NCBI GenBank assembly: GCA_964016885.1
Contig: OZ024743.1
Location: 91,202,001-91,266,000 of the forward strand
Length of the DNA: 64,000 nt
Direction of reading: 5' to 3'
Source of the DNA: Eledone cirrhosa
Lineage: Eukaryota
Shown: positions 52,203-64,000 of the stretch, in pieces
Layout: each line of letters opens with the position of its first letter
How positions within the stretch are numbered: position 1 is the stretch's first letter
Notes under the pieces: model-generated
Told to the model about the DNA's origin: nothing
Databases searched by the model: none
Seen by the model: only the letters and a program-made list of their open reading frames with translations
Made by a program: the position numbers and the translations under genes

Positions 52203-52540
52203 ATTACAAAATTTGAGGAAATAATTGTTTCTACGTTAGGCACAAGGCCAGCAATTATCAAGTTAACCATGGCGGGATTTGAACTCAGAATGGCAAGGGC
52301 CGTAACTCTATCGCCCTTAATATGAGGAAATAATAGACAAAAATATACCTATATTTTCTTCAAAGTCCCGACTGAAGTTTCGCCGAACCGTGTACACAGA
52401 TTTCTGCACTTTAAATGTGCATCATCGCTGTGAGGTTGATACGGCTTGTCAAGTGACCCCTCAGAAAAAAGGACTGTTTCTTGACGTGTATATAGCAAGT
52501 GAGAAAGTCTCATAGGCGGAGGGAGAGATTAACACGTGAT

Positions 52541-52611
<71 letters not shown>

Positions 52612-53100
52612 TATATAAAAGACGTAAATAAGAAAGTTATGAAAATTGACTTACTTACTAAAATTTCACTCCAACTAATTAGTTTCTGTAAGGGGATAAA
52701 TATAGTTACGTAATATAACTATAGAGAAGCCTTACGTCATCAGGGAGTCTATTCTCAGCTAAGCTTCCAGGCAATGCGGGGACACTGGGAACTTATATAA
52801 AAATAATTCAGTGATGGAAAAAAGCGAGCGGGGCTAGATTCCAAGACATCGAAAAATTCACTGCCTACTTGTTCAAGTGGCAAATTCAAAAGAATCAATC
52901 ACGTGACACTGAGGTTAATCAGCCCGGAGTGGGGGTGCTATTAAGACAGAGCCTAGCCACTACTATCAGTCACAGTAGTAATTTCGGCAAATTTTGCTCA
53001 ACAAATAATTTGGAGATAATTATAAAGAATTAATATATCTACCGACATATGTATACAGATGCATACCTATGCTAGCAAATATATATATGTTAGTATATAG

Positions 53101-53133
<33 letters not shown>

Positions 53134-53134
<1 letters not shown>

Positions 53135-53655
53135 CTAGCTGGCCCGTCCGGCTGGCGTCCGGCTAGGTATACCTTCCCCCACCACTCCACTGCAAACATA
53201 CCACACACCCTCCCGTGTCACATTGTTCTTCCGACTCTCTCTCTCTCTGAATAACTAACACTTTAATTGTATTTCTCTCTGTCTAACGGCCTTTCTCTCT
53301 CTTTTCCCCTCCCTCTGTTTTTCAGTCTCTCTCTGTAGATGTGTGTGTGTAGTTTTCCTAATCTCCCCCCCCTCTCTCTTTCTCTCTCTCTCTCTCTCTA
53401 TGTGTGTATATATTGAGGGAGATACGGAAACTAAAACAGTGTTGTCATATAGAGAGAGTAAAGCAGTTAAATTATAGAGAGGGGGAATGATCTTACATAC
53501 ATACATACATACTTAAATACATACATATAAAGTATAGATATGTGTGTGTATGTTTGTGTATGTGTATGTATGTTTGTGTATGTGTGTATGTGCATGTGTG
53601 TGTCTGTGTGTTTTGTTTTGATGTTATCCGGCAATTGGCGAAATCAGGTGTGAAA

Positions 53656-53753
<98 letters not shown>

Positions 53754-54820
53754 TATGCGAGCGACGACAGAAAAAGAAAGTGTATGGGAGTGGGATACAT
53801 ACATTATTGTCTGTATTTTCGTTCTGCAACCATTATATTATGATATTTGTATCCAAATGATTTTAGATGTATGTATTACCTGCTTGCCCGTCCCTCTGTT
53901 TCTCCCCCCCTCTCTCTCTCTCTCTTTAGATGTGTGTGTGTAGTTTTCCTAATCTGTCTCTTTCACTCTCTGTCTCTCTAAGAGGGTTGCCTTTTGATGT
54001 ATGTATTACCTGCTTGTGTGTTGACCGAATTTGAAGGAGGTTATCCTTTTGAAATAAACATACATACCACGCTCATCTCTATGTTGATATATGATATAAA
54101 TAATGGGATTGATGAGTTAATATCTGTATACAACAACTATAATGGTACGCGATGGGGCCCACCCACAGCCCCAGCGGACAGAATGGAGAAGGCACTCCAA
54201 CTCGCGGGGCTCACACCTGCGGCTGGCCAGCTCAGCGCCTATGGTGGTGAGTAAGGAGGTAGCCCTGGGGCCGAGGACACCAGAAGTCTCCACTGCCAGG
54301 GGTACAACCGCAAACCTGTCGGAGAGCGACCGGTATTTGAGGAGTTTGGCCCCCTCAGCCCAAGGTGCAGCAGAACTTGGGTATATATTGAAGGTAGATA
54401 CGGAAAGTAAAAGAGTGTTGTCATATAGAGAGTGAAGAGAGACAGAGAGTAAAGCAGTTAAATTATAGAGAGCGTGAAAGAGGGAGAGTTAGAGAGAGAA
54501 GACGTTCAGCTTTTTAATATTTGAGAGTGAAGAGCGACAGAGGGAGAGTAAAGCAGTTAAATTATAGAGAGAGGGAAGAGCGACGGAGAGAGTAAAAAAA
54601 GAGAGAGAGAGAGAGAAAGAGAAAGAGAGAGAGACGACGCTCAGCTTTATACTATTTGAGAGTGAAGAGCGACAGAGAAAGTAAAGCAGTTAAATTATAG
54701 AGAGGGGGAATGATCTATTATAGAGAGAGGGAAGAGCGACGGAGAGAGTAAAGCTAACAAACTATAGGGAGGTGTGTAGGATACATACATAATACACACG
54801 ACACTCAGCTTTATAATATT
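53134..54820 (-). mobile_element. Non-autonomous Helitron-like element with internal microsatellites/repeats
   Basis: ACTAGCTGGCCCGTCCGGC.. at left end; ..CAGCTTTATAATATT at right end; set in (TA)n. Confidence 0.45.
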
Positions 54821-54981
54821 ATATATATATATATATATTTAAGAGTTAAACAAGGTTCAATGAATATATCAAAGAATGAGTTTTACAATAGAGTGGAAGC
54901 ACTCAACTGTTAAAAATGTTTTCCAGAGTTATTAATATTAATTCAAAATATTAACAAAATAGATATTCTTGTGATCAATTA

Positions 54982-55048
54982 TATTTTATTAAACATATTT
55001 CAGAGGTACTGAGTTAAGTTCAACAGTACGTCCTCATCAGATAAAATA
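54982..55048 (-). ncRNA. Mirror copy of the 59017 hammerhead (one stem III mismatch)
   Basis: Reverse complement within the left inverted repeat. Confidence 0.6.
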
Positions 55049-56127
55049 AAATGATACATGACATACCCTGACATGGTAGATGGTTAAGATTCAATCAAGG
55101 TAGTGATTAACTTATGACAAAACTCAATATTTATACCCTAATATTGAGAACATGAGATAACGTAATACAAACAATAGAGAGGGTGTATGTAATAGATTTT
55201 AAGAAATACATGGCATCAATATAACAGATATAAAATTTTTAATTTTTAAAAACTACTAGAGAAAGAAGAGGGAAAAGAAAGCATGGCCTAAAACATCTCT
55301 AAAATAAACAGTATAATTCTAAATCAAAATCAACATAATGATATTAATAATAGTGTTAATATAAATAATAATAAATCAAAATGTAATTGTAGAAATAAAC
55401 CAGATTGCCCTCTGCAAAATAATTGTCTGGATAGAAATCTGGTGTATAAATGCACTGTAAAAACAAATAACAACACATATAACTACATAGGAGCAACTTC
55501 TTCGAGATTTGTGAATCACAAATGCTCATTTTCGAATTTTAATAGGAAGTATTCGACTTCTTTATCACAGCTTATATAGTCATTAAAAGACAAAAATTTT
55601 AAATACTTGATCTTTTGGACAAAGCTTTGTAATAGTGGAATTTATACAAACTCTTCAATATCAATTAACTGCAACCTCTGTACAAAGGAGACCCTATTAA
55701 TAATTATGAAAACTTAATTAACAAAAAAAGTGAATTATTCTCAAACTGCCTTCATAAAGCCTTGTCTACATTCCAAGCCTCGCAAAAAGTCCGGAAGAAA
55801 CAGTAAACAATCAGGCCTGATTTTTGACGTCTATTATCAGCTGTTGAACATATAAGTCATAACGGTTTATAAAACTTTAATACTACTATATCTTCTAATC
55901 ATTTATAATAGAATTAATGTCTGAATGAAGGACACTTGTTTGATAACTTGTTTACTTAATAGATATACATACCCTATGATTTTTTAGATATTTATAACTT
56001 TGATTCAGATCTTTATTTATCTGTCTCTGTTTTAAATATATAGTTTGGATATTTAACTTGTAAATTTACTGATTATAATTTGAACTGTGGATCATTCATG
56101 CGTTTGCATATTTTTATATATATATAT

Positions 56128-57218
56128 ACTAGCATTAAAGCCTGGCGTTGCTCGGGGTCAGTAAGTTACCAAAGTTAGGTTGCACCACCCATTTTATGGC
56201 AGCACTTTTTTGTCTGCCAGGCATTGGGTGAATGAATTGCAGACCTGGACTGCCGTAGCAGGAGCTGCGCCAGCAGTGACAATTGTAATTTCGCCTATGG
56301 ATATTATCTCTGTGCAAAGAAGTGTTGAAATTTATTGTTTCACAGTACTTGCGCAACACGCGCGTAGACGATGCCAGCCGAACAACAGAGCTGCGATGGA
56401 GTTGTTCTGCATGTGTGTTTTCTAAATTTAAGACAGTAGGGAGGGGTGTGATATGGGGAGAGTTAGCTGCTGTTTCTAGCAGGTTTAGTGACCTCATAGA
56501 GGATATGTGTTTTCTAAATTTAAGACAGTAGGGAGTGGTGTGATATGGGGAAGAGTTAGCTGCTGTTTCTAGCAGGTTTAGTGACCTCATAGAGGATATG
56601 TTTTCTAAATTTAAGACAGTAGGGAGTGGTGTGATAGAGGGGAGAGTTAGCTGCTGTTTCTAGCAGGTTTAGTGACCTCATAGAGTATATTATTGTGTAT
56701 AGTAAATAAACTGATACTTCTTTCTTCCACGTTCGTTGAGAGGTTTTAAAAAAGATTTATCGCTATTTTTTTGTTGTTGAATAAATTTATCTGTTGCTTT
56801 TGAATAATTGTTGTTTCGTATGAAATGTAATAAGTTCTCTTTGTCATTGAAGTAAATAAATGTTTGACTGTTCCACACTCAAAAACAAACGTTCTCTCTC
56901 TCTCTCTCTCCCTCTCACTCTCTCTCTTCGGCGTTCCTAAAGGAAGTTTGTAAGCATGTATGTAGTTTTATCGAATTTTAAGGGGAGTAATCAGAGGTAA
57001 TCAGATTCTATTAGAGGGGTAAAGCGCCATGTATTTAGTTTTATCGATTATTTCCATAATTGTGGGTGAGTTTGAATGAAATAAATAGTTGTTGACCTAA
57101 GTTAGACCATTTACAACATTCTTACAGACGTTGAGTCGAATCGGTTTGAAATTGTGCAAATGTATAAACATGGAACATGCACACACACACACAACAACAA
57201 CAATCTGCCTTTTATAGA
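56128..57218 (-). mobile_element. Helitron-like non-autonomous element nested in the PLE remnant, with ~90-bp tandem repeat x3 (56415-56690)
   Basis: ACTAG + CCTGGCGTTGCTCGGG hairpin at left end; (CA)n..CTTTTATAGAT at right end. Confidence 0.55.
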
Positions 57219-59016
57219 TAATTGTTTCTACTTTAGGCACAAGGCCAGCAATCACCCAGTGCATTACTGGTACTTTATTTTATCGACCCCGTAAGGATGA
57301 AAGCAAAGTCAACCTCGGCGGGATTTGAACTCAGATCCCGCCGAGGTTGACTTTTATAGATAATGATATATTTTACTCATTTTGAGTAGGTTTTTGGGGA
57401 CTCAGAAAGTTGGATTTGCACTGGGTTTTTTTATGTATATCTAGGTATAAATTTGACAAACCATAATAACTGACAAATATTGGTCTATCTCTCCACTGAA
57501 TTGGAGGTAAAACTACAATTATAACATTACTAACAATGATTATAATTATTATTTTTTATTAAATGTATACCGTTTCATTAATACCTATAACTATATCTAT
57601 ATACAGTTGTACAAATATCTTTATCTGGTATAATAACATAATCGTAGTTACATTTATAAATAATTTAGACACTCAAATGACTTTATATTGTTATGAGTGT
57701 TTGGTATTCCCAGAAAAGTCGAACTTATATAATCATTTACTTAATATAATATAAAATAATATAACATAATTTAATTTAATTTAACTTATTTTGTTTTATT
57801 CTATTTTAATTAAATTTAGATTACCTTCAGCCTTTTCAAATATTCAGCGCTTCTTTATATCACATTCGCTAAAATATTTTAGATATATCTTTTCTATACT
57901 TTATTAAAACCCTATTGCATTTATTTCTAATTTTGGGCATCTTTAAATTTCACAAATAATTCATTTTCTTTTATTTGTATATTTATTTTGTATCTAGCCC
58001 CTATCACTAGGACTTATAGTTTTGACATATATCTTTATAGTATATATCAACTAAATGAAAATAATTGATATAAATCATTAATTCTTTAACAATATTTTTA
58101 ACTATGTATATCTTTGAGCAATATCTTCAGGAAACTATTTACTATATTGCAATATTGCAATATAATAATAATATATTATTTATATTTGAAAGGTATCACC
58201 TCAACTATGAACAAATAATAAATTATAATCTTGGTATTTTATGATCAATGCATATATATAGTTGAAAATTCTGACTTCTTTAAGTTTAATTATAAGACCG
58301 GTTGATACTTTAGGCACTCAAACTATTTAACAATAAATTCATTAATAATAATAATTATAACTATAATTATCTTATAAATTATATTATAGAAACTGTTGTC
58401 AATATTATAAGTAATTTTGGTAAAGATTACCTTCGTGAGGATATAAAACATTATATATATATATTTTCTTTTCTCATGTTTCGTAAATCCTTTAAATTTG
58501 TTTTCATAAAATTTGAATTTTAGAAATTTAACATAATTATATTATAATATTAATACCAATACCTATTAACTTTTAAAACCTAAAATATGATTCTTTACCC
58601 TGAAATAACATAAATTAAATATTTTGAAAATTAACCACCTACTATATTATATAGAAATCTGTGTGTATAGAAACTTGAACATAAATTACTCCCCTTTGTC
58701 TCTCTCTCTCTCTTTAATCATCTTTCATCTGTCTTCTCAAGCCACATACTAAATATATAACATCAGCTGTTTCTTCCTCTATGCTTTCTTTTCCCTCCTC
58801 TTTCTCTAGTAGTTTTTAAAAATTAAAAGTTTTATAACTGTTATATTGATGCCATGCATTTCTTAAAATCTATTACATACACCCTCTCTATTGTTTGTAT
58901 TACGTTATCTCATATTCTCAATATTAGGGTATAAATATTGAGTTTTGTCATAAGTTAATCACTACCTTGATTGAATCTTAACCATCTACCATGTCAGGGT
59001 ATGTCATGTATCATTT

Positions 59017-59083
59017 TATTTTATCTGATGAGGACGTACTGTTGAACTTAACTCAGTACCTCTGAAATATGTATAATAAAATA
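59017..59083 (+). ncRNA. Type I hammerhead ribozyme motif, canonical core
   Basis: Stem I TATTTTAT/ATAAAATA; CTGATGA at 59025-31; stem II GGACGTACTG/CAGTACCTCT; GAAA at 59064-67; stem III ATA-TG-TAT; cleavage after A59075. Confidence 0.75.
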
Positions 59084-59123
59084 TAATTGATCACAAGAAT
59101 ATCTATTTTGTTAATATTTTGAA

Positions 59124-59157
<34 letters not shown>

Positions 59158-60689
59158 ACTCTCTCTCTCTCTATATATATCACACTCTATCTACCCCTCT
59201 CTCTATCACCCTCTCTTCAACATACACCCCACCTCTCTCTCCACGAAACAAATTGTCAGTGTTCAGATCTAGAAAGGGATGGACTCCACCATGTTTAAAT
59301 GTCCAAGAGACGCTATATGTCAAGATGGCGTCCCTACATCTGCTGTAAGAATTAAGGACAGTGGATGGATAAACATTTATATTAGTAGTAATAGAAATAG
59401 CAGCCGTCTGAAGAGTTCAGGCTATCTTAACAGTGAAATATTATAACGGAGCTTTAAATAAGCCTGAATCAACTGAATATGACCTCCGATCTTATATATA
59501 TCTTAGTCTTAGATTCTTCTGCGCCGTTCGGCGCATCGAGCAGTAAGTACTCGCCAACGGTCACGATCAGCGGCGACTTTTTCGGGACCGTGCCAGATGA
59601 TGTTGGCTGCCATCGGGTCCTTCCGGAACATTCGTCGCCAGGTGATCCTTGGGCAACCCGCCTCCGTTCATCGCTGTTTTCGAATTCCATTTTGTACATA
59701 TAAGCACAATTTATGTTATATATGCTGAGAAGGTCGTGTGCAAAAGCACATGTATTAGGCTTGCGACAGATCAGTCTTAAGATTCGTATCTTAGGAGAAG
59801 TAACTATAATTTATCTGGGTGCCTATTGAAAATCACAGAAAATTGATTACTTCACTAATAATTATTTTATAAATAGTTGTTCCGTAATTAATTAATTATT
59901 TCATTAGTATACCATCCCTTGTGAAACAGGTTTATGTTTTGAAGTTCCGACCGATCTGCTGAAAAGGTTTGAATTTTGAAATTTAAACTTGTCTAGGCAC
60001 CAGGCAGTTGCCATTTTACGTCTGTAAGTATAGATTTAATATTTAATATTTTCTAGATCGATACAGGCGGACTATAAGTACTTGAATTAAGGTATTTCTA
60101 TCTGGCTAAAAAATTATTGTCATTTTGCAAAAAAAACACATTAGTGTTGATCATATTTTTTTAAATTGTACTATATATATATTGTTATACTTGGGGAGGG
60201 TCATATTTGCGTAATATTGCCAGAATTAATAACAGAACACACTCACTGTTTGGTTGGTTTTCGCTTCTCACTGTCTTTTATATCTGCGATCTAACTTACT
60301 TGGTCCTCAATGTTGCCATTGACTGACCGACGGTCAAAAATAATACAGATACAATATAGACACAAACACATATATATAGTTTACATAATTTACATAAATC
60401 TTTCGTTGCACATCTGCAACATCGTCAGTGGTGTTATATTCTTTGTTCCTCCTGTTGTGTTGTATGTCTACGCCATTTTTTATTCAGTCTATCTATATAT
60501 TTATTTATTTGCTTGTTTGTTTATCTTATTTTATTTTGTCTTCTTTGCGCATGCGTTTGCGTGTGTGCATAGTGCTATGTGTGCATAGTGTTATGTGTGC
60601 TGTTTCGACACACGATTTCATATAAAAAACCTCGCTAAACTAATTCATCGCCGCTATATATATATATATATATATATTTATTTATTTAT

Positions 60690-61150
60690 TTATTAAAATA
60701 ACAGATTAAAGTTTAAGCTGCTTTCACCCTTAACAGGATCTTCTGAAACTAACAAAGTCAATCTGTAAACGCAGAAGTGGATATTAGTCTACGACTTCTT
60801 TTATACCATAAACGTGGTTCTGTCTTTGCGCGTAATTGTTTTTCACCGCTCCTATTAATGACGTATTATATTCGTTTTTTCCCGCTCTTTGCCAGGGAAC
60901 GTTTCCACGAACCAAAGTATCGTCTTCCTGTCTTCCTCCGGTTGCAACGTTTTTTGAAATATCCACTTCTGCGTTTACAGATTGACTTTGTTAGTTTCAG
61001 AAGATCCCGTTAAGGGTGAAAGCAGCGATTCTTTGCTTAAACTTTAATCTGTTATTTTAATAAATATTTGCTCTACGGTTCTTATATATTTGATATATAT
61101 TTATCCTTATCGAGCCCTCTTTGGATTTTAGTCTTCAAATTTATTATTAT

Positions 61151-61233
<83 letters not shown>

Positions 61234-61300
61234 TCTTTTATATTTGATATATTTGTATCCTTATCGAACCCTCTTTGGATTTTAGTCTTCACATTTATTA

Positions 61301-61337
<37 letters not shown>

Positions 61338-62425
61338 TGTATGTATAGTATATTTGGCAATATACCGTAAATATTTTGCTTAAACTTTAATCTGTTATTT
61401 ATTAGAATAACAGATTAAAGTTTAAGCAAAAGAATCGCTGCTTTCGCCCTTAACAGGATCTTCTGAAACTAAAAAAATTGAATCTGTGGTCACAGAAGTA
61501 AATATTTCGAAAAACGTTGCAACCGAAGGAAAACAGGAAGACGATACTTTGGTTCGTTCCCTGGCAATGAGCGGAAAAAAGCGGAGATAATACGTCGTTA
61601 TGTGGAGAACAATTTCACTCAAAGACAAAACCACGTTTATGGTATAAATGGAGTCATTAGACTAATATTCTATTTAGGAAACCGAATGATTCTTAGCTTC
61701 GGAGTTAAGAATAATGAAAATAAATTTGTTGAACGAAAATGACAGAGGTTATTAAAATCATAAAAGTAATAATATTTAAGATTTATACAATTATATATAT
61801 ACATACATCTATATACATACATCTATATACGTACATACACGTGCATACGGGAAAACGCACGCCGTACGTACATACGCATGCACATACACATAAAGACGCG
61901 CACACGTACGTATACCAGGCACGACACATATACCCGCACACATACGAACGTATACACCAAATTCACACATATATATGTATGTGTATACATATAATTATAT
62001 ATGGTGGCTGCCAACTCGTTTTCGAGTACGGCCACTACTTTATATCCATGTAGGAGAACCCCTACAGAAGCACTGAACAAGTGTGACGTTTTAGTCCAGC
62101 CAGCGACTTGAAAACTCTGGTACAAACACTACACTTGTGACAATTATTGACACATAGTGCTAGGCCCATGGTACCATATGACGACAAGTGCAGAGAGATC
62201 ATAAATACACACACATATATACACATATTTAACACACACACCTGCGTCCACAGATTGATTTTTTTTAGTTTCAGAAGATCCCGTTAAGGGTGAAAGCAGC
62301 GATTCTTTGCTTAAACATTAATCTGTTATTTTAATAAATATTTGCTCTATGGTTTTAAATATTTTGATATATATATTATCCTTATCGAGCCCTCTTCGGA
62401 TTTTAGTCTTCACATTCATTATCAT
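60690..62425. repeat. Cluster of alternately oriented copies of a (TA)n-associated repeat carrying a hammerhead-like fold
   Basis: TTTCAGAAGATCCCGTTAAGGGTGAAAGCAGCGATTCTTTGCTTAAAC at 60995(+), 62269(+), ~61420(-), ~60710(-, partly deleted); also at 24470(+). Confidence 0.8.
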
Positions 62426-62714
62426 TACTTTGCCTTTCATCCTTACGGGGTCGATAAAATAAAGTACCAGTAATGTACTGGGTAATTGCTGGCCTTGTGC
62501 CTAAAGTAGAAACAATTATTATTATTACTATATATTAAGGGCGGTGGATTGACAGTATCGGTAGAGAGTCGGACGCCATGCTTTGACGCATAGAGCTACG
62601 GCCCTTGCCATTCTGAGTTCAAATCCCGCCGAGGTTAACTTTGCCTTTCATCCTTACGGGGTCGATAAAATGAAGTACCAGTAATCCACTGTGTAATTGC
62701 TGGCCTTGTGCCAG

Positions 62715-62750
<36 letters not shown>

Positions 62751-63342
62751 AATATATATAAATTGTGTTTATATGTACAAAATGGAATAAATAAAAGAAT
62801 ATTTTCCTTCAATAGAGAATTAAAGAAAAGAAAATATATATAAAGAAATGAAGGGGAAAACTCCAAAGTTATCGGAAGAAACTGCAAATGAGAAAGCATG
62901 GAAAATGTTATATAGCTGACCATGTCATTAATGGGTGATGGTCAAAATTGTTCCTCGTTGTGCCTTCCTACTTTTTGTTCTGGGAGCATGTGGGTTTTGT
63001 ACTCCTCCTCCCCCTCCCCCTTCCCCCCTTCCCCTCCTCATCTTCTCCCCCCCCCCGCCTCCTCCCTATTCCTGAGAGAGTCGTGGGGAAAAGGTCCACA
63101 AAACACTCTTTCCAGCGGATCCTGTCAGAAGCAACCGTTACCAACTGATCCGGCTGGATCCCCAAATGAAACCAGCCGAGCTCATAGATCTTATCCAACC
63201 AGCTTGCTTTTGGTCTACCCTGGGTCTCCCGCCGGTTGGTTTTGCCAGAAAAATCTGTCCAGATTGTTGAGATTGTTGTTGTTGTTGTTGTTTTCCCACC
63301 CCCTTTCCCATAACTTCTTATTCTTGTTCGATGAGACTGGGG

Positions 63343-64000
63343 TCATCTTAGGTCAGTGATCCCAGAAGCATCATCGTGCGTAGAGATGACTAGGTCTACA
63401 AGTGCTCTCCATCGCTGGCGGTCCCGTACCAACCCCTTTGCATTCTCCAAGGTGACGTTGAGCCTCTGGAGATCATCCTTGATGACATCCAGCCATTTGG
63501 TGTGGGGCCTCTTCCAGCCTGTAGCTGCTGCGTCGAACGAGAGTAAGGTCCTGGTAGATGATTTGGCGGCAGGAAGAGGACATGTCCGTACCAGTGCATG
63601 CGGTGGATGGCTATGAGGCGGGATACTGCGGGCTGATGACGAGGGGGGGGGGGTGTAATCCGCATACTCCATATCGCTAAGGTGGTAGTTCCCGAAGGTA
63701 ACGCCAGAAACTCGCTCACAGACCTTGGTTATCAGATAGTCGATGATACAGTTGAGGAGGTCGGAAGCAGCCACCTGTTTGACCCCGCTGTTGATGTGGA
63801 ACCAGTTGGGAAGGGGTCTTGAGTTTACCAGGAAGTCATGCGAAGACAGGTTGACGCTTGATTTAAAAATCTCCCAGTTGTCGGTCTCGTCTTTGGCCAA
63901 GACGCTAAAGCAATTGGCGATGGAGCACACAAATGTAGAGGTGATGTTGAGATCACGGAGACATGATGAGTCAAGGCGGGGCTGGTACTTGGTGGCAGGG
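63343..64000 (-). mobile_element. Decayed RTE-like LINE RT/C-terminal fragments
   Basis: SGVKQ..LLNCIIDY..MEYAD, WYGHV, WKRPHTKWLDVIKDDL. Confidence 0.75.

Larger units (their letters stand above)
54930..59128. mobile_element. Decayed Naiad-like Penelope element remnants between ~350-bp inverted repeats
   Basis: IRs at ~54930-55284 and ~58781-59128; plus-strand 55380-55760 reads KCNCRNKPDCPLQNNCLDRNLVYKCTV..YIGATS..HKCSF..CNLCTKE..NKKSELFSNCLHK (GIY-YIG); possible very decayed RT on minus strand at 57400-58680. Confidence 0.75.

Noticed and set aside
52695-52748. Hammerhead on minus strand (CTGATGA-CGTAA..TTACG)
   Set aside because: GAAA replaced by TAAC and no stems I/III; at best a relic.

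Overview
AT-rich, repeat-dense animal genomic DNA with spliceosomal GT-AG introns. The SINE/LINE/microsatellite content suggests a coleoid cephalopod, probably an octopus (inference). Host genes: a complete 12-exon POLR1E/RPA49 gene (+, 2636-22251, 395 aa), a 2-coding-exon ANKRD46 (-, 39878-35650, 207 aa), and the first coding exon of an unidentified gene head-to-head with POLR1E. The rest is mobile DNA: PHD-finger RTE LINEs, two SINE families, a near-intact Neptune-type Penelope-like element (PLE), a decayed Naiad-like PLE, a compact 4.15-kb LTR retrotransposon, a non-coding three-LTR element, Helitron-like elements, MITEs and several fold-back palindromes. Two observations stand out. (1) The compact LTR element lacks a canonical PBS; the 12 nt abutting its 5' LTR are the exact complement of nt 1-12 of tRNA-Phe, which suggests priming by a tRNA 5'-end fragment. 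(2) There are at least four distinct hammerhead-ribozyme-like motif types, including core variants and one centred in a 400-bp palindrome. All calls were made by eye with no database searches, and repeat boundaries are approximate.
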